A stretch of 64,000 bases of DNA, taken from assembly GCA_036388535.1 (NCBI GenBank), contig DASVRQ010000051.1:784-64783 (forward strand), given 5' to 3'. Below the pieces are notes generated by a model that worked only from the letters and a program-made list of their open reading frames with translations, made no database searches and was not told where the DNA came from. This DNA comes from Flavobacterium sp. GTDB lineage: Bacteria > Bacteroidota > Bacteroidia > Flavobacteriales > Flavobacteriaceae. Below are positions 17,161 to 27,410 of the stretch, piece by piece (position 1 is the first letter of the stretch; every line of letters starts with the position of its first letter). The position numbers and the translations under genes are program-made.

Positions 17161-17249
17161 AATGGGTATAAGCATTTAAATTATTGGTTATAATAAAGGT
17201 AGCATTTTTTTAACATTCTCCAATCATTAATCTATTACAAAAAATTCAC

Positions 17250-17257
17250 TATATTTG
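17250..17257 (+). promoter_or_regulatory. Bacteroidota -7 box of the rimP-nusA-infB operon
   Basis: TATATTTG. Confidence 0.65.
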
Positions 17258-17285
17258 CATCGTTATTTGATAAAATCTAAATAAT

Positions 17286-17306
17286 GAGGGGACTAATTGT
17301 CCCCTC
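17286..17306 (+). promoter_or_regulatory. rimP leader hairpin
   Basis: GAGGGGAC-TAATT-GTCCCCTC, 14 nt before the rimP ATG; a GGG...CCC hairpin at this position is a known rimP-leader feature. Confidence 0.65.
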
Positions 17307-17320
17307 TTTTTATAAGAAAT

Positions 17321-17782
17321 ATGGCATTCAGGGAAAAAGTTTTGGAATTATTAAATGAAGGTTTGAAGGAGAAGCCATCGATCTTTTTGATTGACCTCAC
17401 CATTACCGACGCGTTCAAAATTATCGTGACTCTAGATGGTGATGAAGGCGTGACTTTACAGGATTGTATCGACATAAGCCGTGCCATCGAGCATAACCTT
17501 GACCGCGAGGAACAGGATTTTTCGCTTGAGGTTGCTTCAGGCGGATTGGCGCCGTTGAAACTTTTGCGACAGTACAAGAAGAACGTTGGCCGGACCTTGA
17601 TCGTGAAGCTCGCTGATCAAACGATTGAAGCAAAACTCACGGAAGCCACCGACGATCACATTGTTCTCGAATGGGAAGCACGTGAACCTAAGAAAATAGG
17701 AAAAGGCAAGGAAACTGTACAAAAGAGACAGGAAATTCCTTACACAGATATAAAAGAAGCAGTTGTTACAGTAACATTTTAA
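17321..17782 (+). CDS. rimP: Ribosome maturation factor RimP
   Basis: [21 protein letters not shown] motifs; first gene before nusA. Start moved to ATG 17321. Confidence 0.95.
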   Translation: MAFREKVLELLNEGLKEKPSIFLIDLTITDAFKIIVTLDGDEGVTLQDCIDISRAIEHNLDREEQDFSLEVASGGLAPLKLLRQYKKNVGRTLIVKLADQTIEAKLTEATDDHIVLEWEAREPKKIGKGKETVQKRQEIPYTDIKEAVVTVTF

Positions 17783-17795
17783 TTAAAGAAGTGGC

Positions 17796-19040
17796 ATGGA
17801 AAATTTAGCATTAATCGATTCGTTTTCTGAGTTTAAAGATGATAAACTTATTGATCGCGTAACGCTTATGGCGATTTTGGAAGATGTATTCAGAAATGCA
17901 TTAAAAAAGAAATTCGGGTCGGATGAAAATTTCGATATTATCATCAATCCCGATAAAGGAGATATGGAGATCTGGAGAAGAAGGGTTATCGTTGCCGATG
18001 ACGATTTGGATCTTGAAAATGAAGAAATAACGCTAACTGAAGCACGAAAAATCGAACCCGATTTTGAAATAGGTGAAGAGGTTTCGGAAGAAGTGAAATT
18101 GATCGATCTTGGAAGAAGGGCGATATTGGCATTGCGTCAGAACCTGATTTCGAAGATCCACGAGCATGACAACACCAACCTTTACAAGCAATTTAAGGAC
18201 TTGATAGGTGAAATATATACAGCAGAGGTTCACCATGTTCGGCCAAGAGTCGTAATTTTGGTGGATGACGAAGGGAACGAGATCGTTCTTCCAAAAGAAA
18301 AACAAATTCCGTCAGATTTCTTCCGTAAAGGCGACAATGTCCGCGGAATCATTGAAAGCGTTGAATTAAAAGGCAACAAGCCTCAGATCATCATGTCTCG
18401 TACTTCGGAGAAGTTCCTTGAGAAATTATTCGAGCAGGAAATCCCGGAAGTATTCGATGGTTTGATCATGGTCAAGAATGTGGTTAGGATCCCGGGCGAA
18501 AAAGCGAAAGTGGCAGTTGATTCCTACGATGACAGAATTGATCCGGTTGGAGCTTGTGTTGGAATGAAAGGTTCACGTATCCACGGAATCGTTCGAGAAT
18601 TAGGTAATGAAAATATTGATGTTATCAATTTTACGAGCAACATCCAGCTGTATATCACACGAGCTTTGAGTCCGGCGAAAGTATCTTCAATTAAAATCAA
18701 CGAAGAAACCAAAAGGGCAGAAGTGTTCTTGAAATTGGAAGAAGTATCGAAAGCCATCGGAAGAGGTGGCCATAACATTAAATTAGCCGGTCAGTTGACA
18801 GGTTACGAATTGGATGTCATCCGTGAAGGAAACATCGCAGAAGAAGAGGATGATGTTGAATTAACTGAATTCTCTGATGAAATTGAAGCATGGGTAATTG
18901 AAGAATTTGCAAAAATCGGACTTGACACAGCAAGAAGCATCTTGAAACAGGATGTAAACGACCTTGTCAGAAGAACCGATCTCGAGGAAGAAACGATCCT
19001 CGATGTGATGAAAATCCTAAAAGAAGAATTCAACAGTTAA
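17796..19040 (+). CDS. nusA: Transcription termination/antitermination factor NusA
   Basis: S1 and KH domains: RIPGEKAKVAV, DPVGACVGMKGSRI, AIGRGGHNIKLA. Confidence 0.99.
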   Translation: MENLALIDSFSEFKDDKLIDRVTLMAILEDVFRNALKKKFGSDENFDIIINPDKGDMEIWRRRVIVADDDLDLENEEITLTEARKIEPDFEIGEEVSEEVKLIDLGRRAILALRQNLISKIHEHDNTNLYKQFKDLIGEIYTAEVHHVRPRVVILVDDEGNEIVLPKEKQIPSDFFRKGDNVRGIIESVELKGNKPQIIMSRTSEKFLEKLFEQEIPEVFDGLIMVKNVVRIPGEKAKVAVDSYDDRIDPVGACVGMKGSRIHGIVRELGNENIDVINFTSNIQLYITRALSPAKVSSIKINEETKRAEVFLKLEEVSKAIGRGGHNIKLAGQLTGYELDVIREGNIAEEEDDVELTEFSDEIEAWVIEEFAKIGLDTARSILKQDVNDLVRRTDLEEETILDVMKILKEEFNS

Positions 19041-19101
19041 GCTCCCGGCCTAAAACAACAAAACAGCAACACAACAGAATAGGTAATATTAAAAAGGTTT
19101 T

Positions 19102-21975
19102 ATGTCTGAAGAGAGAATAATAAGAATAAACAAGGTTTTAAGGGAATTGAATATTTCTTTGGAAAGGGCCGTTGATTATCTGAAAGATAAGGGAATTGCA
19201 ATTGATGCAAATCCGAACGCCAAGATTTCCGAAATGGAGTTCAGTATCCTACAAAATCAATTTGCGGGCGACAAGGGTAATAAGGAGGCTTCGAAAGAAG
19301 TCAGCGAAGAGAAAAGGAAAGAGAAAGAAGCATTGCGTATCGAACGCGAAAAAGAAATTGAAGACAAACGCAAACTCGATGAAGAGCGTGTAAGGCAACA
19401 GGAAGTAATCCGGGCAAAAGCTACTGTTACAGGCCCGAAACAGGTTGGGACAATTGACTTAGACAGAAAACCTGCACCTAAGCCTGAAGCGAAAGCGGAA
19501 CCTAAAACTGAAGCTGCCAGAGGCGAAGCTGAACGAAGTCCGGCTAAACCAGAAGCAACTCCTGCTGTTGAACAGCCTGCAGCTAAAGAACCTGCTGCGA
19601 CTCCGGCTGCTGAAGCACCAGCTGCTGCCGCTAAGAAAGCGCCAGCTAAAATAGAAGAAGCTCCACAAGCCGCTGAAGAAAAAGCACCTGAGGAAAAACC
19701 AGCTGACGAGGCGATTACGACGCAATACACAAAATTGTCAGGCGCGACATTAACAGGCCAGACAATCGACTTATCGCAGTTCAACAAGCCTAAAAAGAAA
19801 AAAGAAGAGCCGAAGATCATACCAAATAAGCCCGGAGCAATTACTCCGAATGCTGCAGGTGCGAATGCTAACGCGAACAAAAATAAACGTAAAAGGATCA
19901 TCCCAAAACCGGGAACTCCTGGAGCAACGGGAACAGCGGGAACTACCGCGCCACGTCCGGGCGGAATAAATCCGAACAAGATCACTCCGAACGTTGGAGG
20001 CGCTAACCGCAGCAGCAAACCGGGATTCGTAAAAGGAAACCGACCAGCAATTGTTGCAAAGGTTGAGCCGACAGAAGAAGAGGTCAAAAATCAAATCCGT
20101 GAAACGCTTGAAAAGCTTCAAGGCAAAGGTGGTAAATCAAAAGCTGCTAAATACCGAAGGGATAAAAGGGATACGCACCGTCAGAAATCAGATGACGAAC
20201 AGCGTTCGATTGATGAAGGAAGTAAAACCATCAAAGTAACGGAATTCGTTACCGTGGGCGAAATTGCGATCATGATGGATGTACCAATTACGAAAGTAAT
20301 CGGAACTTGTATGTCATTGGGAATCATGGTTACCATGAACCAGCGTTTGGATGCCGAAACGCTTTCTATCGTTGCAGATGAGTTTGGGTACGAAGTTGAA
20401 TTCATCACAACCGATCTTGAAGATTCAATTCAGGTTGTAGAAGATAGAGAAGAAGACCTTACTCCACGTGCTCCGATCGTTACCGTAATGGGTCACGTCG
20501 ATCACGGTAAAACATCACTTTTGGATTATATCCGTAAGGAAAATGTAATAGCAGGTGAGTCAGGCGGGATCACGCAGCACATTGGCGCATACGGAGTTCA
20601 ATTAGACAACGGCCAAAAAATCGCATTCCTTGATACTCCAGGTCACGAAGCGTTTACTGCGATGCGTGCACGTGGAGCTCAATTAACGGATATCGCTATT
20701 ATTGTGGTTGCTGCCGATGATGAAATAATGCCACAAACCAAAGAGGCGATCAGCCATGCTCAGGCAGCGAATGTGCCGATTATTTTTGCAATCAATAAGA
20801 TCGATAAACCCAATGCCAATCCTGAGAAAATCAAGGAAAGGCTTGCCGGTATGAATTTACTTGTTGAAGATTGGGGTGGAAAAATACAATCGCACGACAT
20901 TTCAGCGAAAGTTGGAACAGGTGTAAAGGAATTGCTTGAAAAAGTATTGCTTGAAGCTGAAATCTTGGACTTGAAGTCGAACGCAAACAAACCTGCATCA
21001 GGAACTGTCGTTGAGGCGTTCCTTGATAAAGGAAAAGGATATGTTTCGACAATCTTGGTTCAAAACGGAACTTTGAAAGTAGGCGACTACATGCTTGCAG
21101 GTAAACACCACGGTAAGATCAAGGCGATGCATGATGAACGTGGAAACATTGTTACGGAAGCAGGACCTTCAACACCGGTATCTGTATTGGGACTAGACGG
21201 AGCTGCAACAGCCGGTGACAAGTTCAATGTGTTCGAAGAGGAAAGGGAAGCAAAAGCGATCGCTGCAAAACGTACACAATTGATGCGTGAGCAATCGGTT
21301 CGTACACAACGTCACATCACGCTTGCTGAGATTGGTCGTCGTATCGCACTCGGACAGTTTAAAGAACTTAACATCATCCTTAAAGGTGACGTGGATGGTT
21401 CTGTTGAAGCATTATCCGATTCATTCTCGAAATTATCTACTGAAGAAATTCAGATCAATATTATCCACAAAGGAGTTGGTGCGATTACTGAAACCGACGT
21501 AATGCTGGCTTCCGCGTCAGATGCGATCATTATCGGATTTAACGTGCGTCCGGCTGGAAATGCCCGTCAGCTTGCCGATAAAGAAGAGATCGATATCCGA
21601 AACTACTCGATCATCTACGATGCGATCGATGATGTAAGAGACGCGATGGAAGGAATGCTTTCTCCGGAAATGAAGGAAGAGATCACTGGAACTGCCGAAA
21701 TCAGGGAGATTTTCAAGATTTCAAAAGTGGGTTCGATCGCTGGTTGTATGGTAACTGACGGAAAGATCTTCAGAAACTCAAGGATTCGTATCATTCGCGA
21801 AGGCGTCGTGGTTTTCACAGGCGAATTGCAGGCTTTGAAACGTTTCAAGGACGATGTGAAGGAAGTTTCAAAAGGTTACGATTGTGGTATCCAGATCAAG
21901 AATTACAACGACATCGAGGAAAAAGACCTTATTGAAGCCTTCCAGGAAGTCGCAGTTAAGAAGAAGCTGAAATAG
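19102..21975 (+). CDS. infB: Translation initiation factor IF-2
   Basis: [18 protein letters not shown]-domain motifs; Pro/Ala/Lys-rich N-terminal region. Confidence 0.99.
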   Translation: MSEERIIRINKVLRELNISLERAVDYLKDKGIAIDANPNAKISEMEFSILQNQFAGDKGNKEASKEVSEEKRKEKEALRIEREKEIEDKRKLDEERVRQQEVIRAKATVTGPKQVGTIDLDRKPAPKPEAKAEPKTEAARGEAERSPAKPEATPAVEQPAAKEPAATPAAEAPAAAAKKAPAKIEEAPQAAEEKAPEEKPADEAITTQYTKLSGATLTGQTIDLSQFNKPKKKKEEPKIIPNKPGAITPNAAGANANANKNKRKRIIPKPGTPGATGTAGTTAPRPGGINPNKITPNVGGANRSSKPGFVKGNRPAIVAKVEPTEEEVKNQIRETLEKLQGKGGKSKAAKYRRDKRDTHRQKSDDEQRSIDEGSKTIKVTEFVTVGEIAIMMDVPITKVIGTCMSLGIMVTMNQRLDAETLSIVADEFGYEVEFITTDLEDSIQVVEDREEDLTPRAPIVTVMGHVDHGKTSLLDYIRKENVIAGESGGITQHIGAYGVQLDNGQKIAFLDTPGHEAFTAMRARGAQLTDIAIIVVAADDEIMPQTKEAISHAQAANVPIIFAINKIDKPNANPEKIKERLAGMNLLVEDWGGKIQSHDISAKVGTGVKELLEKVLLEAEILDLKSNANKPASGTVVEAFLDKGKGYVSTILVQNGTLKVGDYMLAGKHHGKIKAMHDERGNIVTEAGPSTPVSVLGLDGAATAGDKFNVFEEEREAKAIAAKRTQLMREQSVRTQRHITLAEIGRRIALGQFKELNIILKGDVDGSVEALSDSFSKLSTEEIQINIIHKGVGAITETDVMLASASDAIIIGFNVRPAGNARQLADKEEIDIRNYSIIYDAIDDVRDAMEGMLSPEMKEEITGTAEIREIFKISKVGSIAGCMVTDGKIFRNSRIRIIREGVVVFTGELQALKRFKDDVKEVSKGYDCGIQIKNYNDIEEKDLIEAFQEVAVKKKLK

Positions 21976-21990
21976 ACTTTTATTTAAACA

Positions 21991-22020
21991 AAACGCCTCA
22001 TTAGTTGAGGCGTTTTTTTT
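21991..22020 (+). terminator. Intrinsic terminator after infB
   Basis: AAAACGCCTCA-TTAGT-TGAGGCGTTTT followed by a long T-tract. Confidence 0.9.
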
Positions 22021-22031
22021 TGTTTTTTTTT

Positions 22032-22125
22032 GAAGCTATTCCTGCTCTGCGCTGTATCCGTGCAAAAAAGCACGGGATGTGCTAACGCCTGTTCGCTTAC
22101 GCTCGGGTCACTTCGATCAGGGCTA
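22032..22125 (+). repeat. Structured intergenic element, copy 1 (Flavo-1-like / REP-like)
   Basis: GAAGCTATTCCTGCTCT...GATCAGGGCTA; shares both ends with 51691..51789; internal hairpin ATCCGTGC-A6-GCACGGGAT. Confidence 0.7.
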
Positions 22126-22215
22126 ACTGGCGTTTAAGTATATCCATCTTCGCATTAACAATAATGGTACTTTGTGTCATCCCGACGCCTGACAATCCTT
22201 TTCGCAGTTAGAAAA

Positions 22216-22254
22216 AAGCCACGAATTCACAAATTATTTGTGAATTCGTGGCTT
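22216..22254. repeat. Perfect 19-bp inverted repeat (REP-like palindrome)
   Basis: AAGCCACGAATTCACAAAT-T-ATTTGTGAATTCGTGGCTT. Confidence 0.85.
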
Positions 22255-22263
22255 AAAATTTTA

Positions 22264-22293
22264 GAGTGAGCGACTGCGGTTGCGACTGTGACT
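22264..22293. repeat. Degenerate hexamer array (GCGACT-like) after the SPOR gene stop
   Basis: GAGTGA GCGACT GCGGTT GCGACT GTGACT. Confidence 0.6.
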
Positions 22294-22297
22294 TTTC

Positions 22298-22687
22298 TTA
22301 TTTATTCGGTTTAATCATCAGCGCATTAGGATATCGCTTTTTCAATTCGGCAAGGCTGCGTTCCGCTTCAATACGTGATTTAAAATTCCCAACCCAAACT
22401 TTATAGGCCGGCGTACTGAAAACAATAGTCCCGTCGAGGTGCCTGAAGTCGCGCTTGAAGTCGGCCAGCACTCTTTTTGAAGTCTCACTTTCACCATTGT
22501 AGATCTGGATTTTATATCGATCATTAACTGTTATTGAAGAGTTTATGCGACGTTTTTCGTTTAGCATCTGCTCAAATTCCGGATCTTGTGAAACAGTAAC
22601 AGAAGCAGTCTGGGCATGCATTTGTACACTAAAAAAACAATACATGATCAGACTCAGAAAACCCTTTTTTATTGTTAATATTTTCAT
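22298..22687 (-). CDS. SPOR-domain protein
   Basis: Signal peptide; YKIQIY...PAYKVWVGNFKSRIEAER...YPNALMI. Start moved to ATG 22687 because a TACATTTG -7 box (22706-22713, minus) overlaps the longer start. Confidence 0.88.
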   Translation of the reverse strand: MKILTIKKGFLSLIMYCFFSVQMHAQTASVTVSQDPEFEQMLNEKRRINSSITVNDRYKIQIYNGESETSKRVLADFKRDFRHLDGTIVFSTPAYKVWVGNFKSRIEAERSLAELKKRYPNALMIKPNK

Positions 22688-22788
22688 AACGTAGTGATTT
22701 AGATGCAAATGTAATATTTAATGATTTAAACGGTCGGAGTTTTTTATTTAGAATAGATATAAATTAAGATTTAAGCCTGTTTTAAGGT

Positions 22789-22818
22789 TTTGTGAATCCT
22801 TCCTAAGTTGTATTTTTG
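22789..22818 (+). promoter_or_regulatory. Candidate -33/-7 promoter of the act-cox operon
   Basis: TTTG-N18-TATTTTTG. Confidence 0.5.
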
Positions 22819-22907
22819 TGCAGGTTTTTAACAAACGTATCGATTTTTTCTTCCCCAAGAATTTTTAGTCAAAATCATACCAATTTTAGTCGATAATCAT
22901 TTATAAT

Positions 22908-24275
22908 ATGAAAAAAGTGGGTAACCATCATTCGATTCCAAGGATTATATATTTTAGTTTGGCTTTGATGCTGACTTTTTCGTTCTCATCCGTGGCACAA
23001 GACGCCGCTGCTCCTGCGGCGACAACACAGGCGGCCCCTGCTGACACGGCTGCTGCTCCGGCTCCCGCTACTGGCGCGATAGGTGATGCTGCTGCCGGTA
23101 AAGCCCTTTTCAACTCCAATTGTGCTGCTTGTCATAAGCTTGATGGTCGTTCAACAGGTCCCGCCTTGCGAGGTGTTGCCGGAAGACATGATCGTGAATG
23201 GCTTTACGACTGGATCCACAACAGCTCAGCAATGATCAAAGCTGGCGATCCTGAGGCAGTAAAGGTTTTTGAAGAAAACAATGGGCAGGTAATGACTGCC
23301 TTTCCGCAATTATCGACGACTGATATTGATAATATTTTAGCTTATACTTCAGGGCCAAAAGCAGAAGCAACGCCGCCTCCAGGTGGACCAAATGGTTCTA
23401 CAATGCCTCCCGGATCAACTCCAATGGGTGATGAAATTTCAAACGACCTTATTCTTATTGCTCTTGCAATAGTTTTGATGATCTTGGTGGTGATGTTGGT
23501 TTTAGTGAACCGCGTTCTTGCGAAAGTTGCCAAAGCAAACGGTATTGAGCCTGAACCGCGTCCTGTTACAACTCCTATCTGGAAAGCATTTGCCAGAAAT
23601 CAATTTCTTGTTTTTGTAACTTCAGTATTCCTTATCCTTGCGAGCGGTTACTATATGTACGCTTTCTTTATGCAGGTTGGTGTCGACCAGGGTTACGAGC
23701 CAATTCAGCCAATCCACTATTCACACCGAATCCACGCGGGAAGCAACGGTATCGATTGTAAATTCTGTCACTCGGCTGCCCGAATCAGTAAAAACGCAGG
23801 AATTCCTTCACTTAACGTTTGTATGAACTGTCACAAAAATATATCGGAAGTATCTGATACAACTGCAACTCCTGAGCATTCAAAAGCATTCTACGACGGA
23901 GAGATCCAAAAATTATACGCTGCTGTCGGTTGGGATCAAACGACGCAGAAATATACAGGAAGGACACAGCCGGTTAAATGGGTGCGAATCCACAACCTTC
24001 CGGACTTCGCTTACTTCAACCACTCGCAGCACGTGACGGTTGCAGGTATCGAATGTCAGACTTGTCACGGGCCGGTTCAGGAAATGGAGTTGGTCAGCCA
24101 ATTTTCACCACTGACAATGGGTTGGTGTGTGGACTGTCACAGAAAGACCGAAGTTAGAATGGAAGGAAATGAGTACTATACTCGTATTCATGAACAACTT
24201 TCCAAAAAATATGGTGTCGACAAGCTGACTGCTGCCCAAATGGGTGGTCTCGAATGCGGCAAGTGCCACTATTAA
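22908..24275 (+). CDS. actA: Alternative complex III subunit ActA (monoheme plus pentaheme c-type cytochrome)
   Basis: Six CxxCH motifs: CAACH, CKFCH, CMNCH, CQTCH, CVDCH, CGKCH; first gene of the cluster. Confidence 0.93.
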   Translation: MKKVGNHHSIPRIIYFSLALMLTFSFSSVAQDAAAPAATTQAAPADTAAAPAPATGAIGDAAAGKALFNSNCAACHKLDGRSTGPALRGVAGRHDREWLYDWIHNSSAMIKAGDPEAVKVFEENNGQVMTAFPQLSTTDIDNILAYTSGPKAEATPPPGGPNGSTMPPGSTPMGDEISNDLILIALAIVLMILVVMLVLVNRVLAKVAKANGIEPEPRPVTTPIWKAFARNQFLVFVTSVFLILASGYYMYAFFMQVGVDQGYEPIQPIHYSHRIHAGSNGIDCKFCHSAARISKNAGIPSLNVCMNCHKNISEVSDTTATPEHSKAFYDGEIQKLYAAVGWDQTTQKYTGRTQPVKWVRIHNLPDFAYFNHSQHVTVAGIECQTCHGPVQEMELVSQFSPLTMGWCVDCHRKTEVRMEGNEYYTRIHEQLSKKYGVDKLTAAQMGGLECGKCHY

Positions 24276-24308
24276 TCAATCATTTTAAGAAGCTAATATT
24301 TATATACG

Positions 24309-27300
24309 ATGTCATCAAACAAAAAATACTGGAAAAGTGTTGAAGAACTAAACGAAAATAGTTCTATTGTTGAGGCGCTTAGGAATAACGAGTTCGTTGA
24401 AGAAATTCCGACTGATGAATTTTTAGGTAATAAAGATTCATTGTCATCTTCGTCAACATCACGTCGTGATTTTTTAAAGTACGTTGGATTCAGTACTGCT
24501 GCGGCATCGCTTGCGGCTTGCGAAGGTCCTGTTCATAAAGCAATACCATATGTAGTTCAGCCGGAGCAAGTGATTCCGGGTGTTCCCGATTTTTACGCAA
24601 CTTCCGTTTTTGACGGATTTGATTTTGCGCATGTATTGGTGAAAACCCGTGAAGGCCGACCTATAAAAATAGAAACAAATAAAGTTCCCGGAGCTCGATT
24701 CGCTGCTAATGCGCGTGTCCATGCTTCCGTATTGTCGTTGTACGACAGCATGCGTCTGAAACAACCAAAGATTGGTGGTAAAAATGCAACATGGGACGAT
24801 GTTAATACTAAAGTTCGTGCGAGTCTTACTGATGCGAGAACAACAGGCGGACAAATAGTTCTTTTAACTACTACGCTTGCAAGTCCGTCGACTGAAAGAT
24901 TAATTGGAGAATTTCTTGCCGCAAACCCAAATTCACGACATGTAATATACGACGCGGTTTCTTCTTCAGAAGCATTGGATGCGTTCCAAATGGCGTATGG
25001 CGAAAGAGCTCTTGTTGACTACGATTTTTCAAAAGCAGGTCTGATCGTTTCCATTGGTGCTGATTTCCTTGGAGATTGGCAAGGTGGCGGTTATGATACA
25101 ATGTATGCTCAAGGGCGTGTCCCGAATCAAGGAAAAATGTCACGCCACATCCAGATGGATGCTAATATGACGCTTTCCGGTGCTGCAGCCGATCGTCGGA
25201 TTCCGATGTCGACAGCCGAGCAAAAACAAGCACTTGTTAGAATTCACAATATAGTTACCGGTTCTGGCCCAAGCGGAACTGTCAATAAAAAATACGATGC
25301 AGAAGTTACTAAGATCGGACAGCAATTAAAAACTGCTGGTTCAACTGGGGTTTTAGTATCGGGAATTGCAGATGTAAATGCACAGCTTTTGGTCCTTGCG
25401 ATTAACCAAGCTATTGGAAGTGCTGCATTTACCACATCGGGAACACGGCAGATCCGTAAAGGGTCTGATACGCAAGTTGCCCAACTTTTAGCTGATATTG
25501 ATGCTGGAAGGGTTCACACCCTTATCATGAGCGGTGTAAATCCTGCTTATACATTGCCAAACGGAGCTGCTTTCAGGGCATCTCTTAAAAAAGTAAAAAC
25601 TTCTGTTGCATTTTCTCTCAAGGAAGATGAGACTGCTTCGGCTGCTACAATTGCTGCTCCCGCGCCTCATTACCTCGAATCATGGAATGATGTGAGCTTC
25701 ACAAGAGGAACTTATGGGTTGACACAACCTACGATCCGACCTTTGTTCAGCACGCGCCAGTTTCAGGAGGCTTTATTGGCTTGGACAGGCAACAGTACAA
25801 CTTATTACGATTATATTAAACAAACCGCAGCCGGTATCATTGGTGGCGCTTCATGGAATAAAGTTTTGCACGATGGTATTTATGTCGGACCAACAACTGC
25901 TGCGGCAGGAGGCGGATCGGCTAATTTCGGAGCTGCGGCGACTGCACTCGCAGCATCAAAACCTGCTTCCGGATTCGAACTTAATTTGTGTACGTCAACT
26001 GGTTTAGGAGACGGTCAGCAAGCTAACAATCCGTGGCTGCAGGAATTTCCTGATCCGATCACAAGAGTTTCATGGGATAACTATGTTACCGTTTCAAAAG
26101 CGGATGCTGAGAGACTCGGACTTACAAATGAAATCGTTGCAAATGGTGGCCTTAACGGAAGTTATGCCGACATTAAAGTTGGTAATACAACCTTACAACA
26201 AGTTCCCGTAATCGTTCAGCCCGGACAAGCAATCGGAACAATGGGCCTTGCCTTTGGATATGGTCGCGAGGCTGCAATGAAAGCTGAAATGAAAGTGGGC
26301 GTCAATGCTTACAAATTATATAAAGGATTCAACAATGTTCAATCGGCAGCTGTCACTAAGGCAGATGGCGAGCATGAGTTTGCGTGCGTACAATCGCAAC
26401 GAACCCTGATGGGACGTGGCGATATAGTGAAGGAAACTACATTGGATACTTTCAACAGGGAAGATGCAAGCGTTTGGAACCCGGTTCCTGTCGTATCATT
26501 AGACCACAAAGAAAAACCGGCAGTAAAAGTGGATTTGTGGGAAGGTTTCGACCGATCTACAGGACATCACTTCAACATGTCGATCGATTTGAATACATGT
26601 TTCGGTTGCGGATCTTGCGTTATCGCGTGCCATACTGAAAACAACGTTCCTGTTGTCGGTAAAACCGAGGTAAGGAGAAGCCGTGATATGCACTGGTTGC
26701 GTATCGACAGATATTATTCATCTGAAGAGACTTTTGCAAAAGACAATATCCGAAAAGAAGAATTTGACGGTTTGTTTGGTGAGAAAGGTTCATTAGGTGG
26801 TTTTAACGAAATGGAAGAAGCTTCTGAGAATCCGCAGGTGGTTTTCCAACCGATGTTGTGCCAGCACTGTAACCATGCCCCTTGTGAGACTGTTTGCCCG
26901 GTTGCTGCTACATCACACGGACGTCAGGGACAAAACCAGATGGCTTACAACCGTTGCGTCGGAACGAGATATTGTGCAAACAACTGTCCGTATAAAGTGC
27001 GCCGGTTCAACTGGTTCCTTTACAACAAAAACAGCGAATTCGATTACCATATGAATGATGATTTGGGCCGTATGGTCTTGAATCCCGATGTAAATGTTCG
27101 TTCACGTGGAGTAATGGAAAAATGTTCATTCTGTATCCAAAAAACACAACTTACAATCTTGACCGCAAAGCGCGAAGGCCGTCAGGTAATGACAGACGAG
27201 TTTGAAACAGCTTGTTCTGCGGCTTGTTCAACAGGATCGATCAAATTTGGCGATGTCAACAAGAAAGAAGACACAGTTGCCAAATTGCTGAATGATGAGA

Positions 27301-27374
27301 GGATGTATCACGTATTGGAGCATGTTGGTACAAAACCGAATGTGTACTACCATGTGAAAGTCAGGAATACCTAG
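24309..27374 (+). CDS. actB: Alternative complex III subunit ActB (molybdopterin-oxidoreductase-like plus Fe-S domain, Tat lipoprotein)
   Basis: SRRDFLK...LAAC; Fe-S motifs CFGCGSCVIAC, CQHCNHAPCETVCP, CVGTRYCANNCP, KCSFC...CSAAC. Confidence 0.95.
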   Translation: MSSNKKYWKSVEELNENSSIVEALRNNEFVEEIPTDEFLGNKDSLSSSSTSRRDFLKYVGFSTAAASLAACEGPVHKAIPYVVQPEQVIPGVPDFYATSVFDGFDFAHVLVKTREGRPIKIETNKVPGARFAANARVHASVLSLYDSMRLKQPKIGGKNATWDDVNTKVRASLTDARTTGGQIVLLTTTLASPSTERLIGEFLAANPNSRHVIYDAVSSSEALDAFQMAYGERALVDYDFSKAGLIVSIGADFLGDWQGGGYDTMYAQGRVPNQGKMSRHIQMDANMTLSGAAADRRIPMSTAEQKQALVRIHNIVTGSGPSGTVNKKYDAEVTKIGQQLKTAGSTGVLVSGIADVNAQLLVLAINQAIGSAAFTTSGTRQIRKGSDTQVAQLLADIDAGRVHTLIMSGVNPAYTLPNGAAFRASLKKVKTSVAFSLKEDETASAATIAAPAPHYLESWNDVSFTRGTYGLTQPTIRPLFSTRQFQEALLAWTGNSTTYYDYIKQTAAGIIGGASWNKVLHDGIYVGPTTAAAGGGSANFGAAATALAASKPASGFELNLCTSTGLGDGQQANNPWLQEFPDPITRVSWDNYVTVSKADAERLGLTNEIVANGGLNGSYADIKVGNTTLQQVPVIVQPGQAIGTMGLAFGYGREAAMKAEMKVGVNAYKLYKGFNNVQSAAVTKADGEHEFACVQSQRTLMGRGDIVKETTLDTFNREDASVWNPVPVVSLDHKEKPAVKVDLWEGFDRSTGHHFNMSIDLNTCFGCGSCVIACHTENNVPVVGKTEVRRSRDMHWLRIDRYYSSEETFAKDNIRKEEFDGLFGEKGSLGGFNEMEEASENPQVVFQPMLCQHCNHAPCETVCPVAATSHGRQGQNQMAYNRCVGTRYCANNCPYKVRRFNWFLYNKNSEFDYHMNDDLGRMVLNPDVNVRSRGVMEKCSFCIQKTQLTILTAKREGRQVMTDEFETACSAACSTGSIKFGDVNKKEDTVAKLLNDERMYHVLEHVGTKPNVYYHVKVRNT

Positions 27375-27410
27375 TAAAAAGTATATTAATAAGAAACAAG
27401 ATAAAGGATT

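Noticed and set aside
19470-20050. Pro/Ala/Glu-rich stretch of infB as an unusual insertion
   Set aside because: Variable low-complexity linkers are normal in IF-2 N-terminal regions.
19257-20087. 276-aa antisense ORF opposite infB
   Set aside because: Mirror of the Pro/Ala/Lys-rich infB linker; low complexity, no motif. The same applies to the many other short ORFs nested in or opposite confident genes.
22175-22187. TGTCATCCCGACG, resembling the left end of GTCATCC-type REP elements
   Set aside because: No matching right arm or second copy seen in the window.
24309-27374. ActB as an active molybdoenzyme
   Set aside because: In the act cluster context this domain is the established cofactor-free structural homologue; no Mo-cofactor genes nearby.
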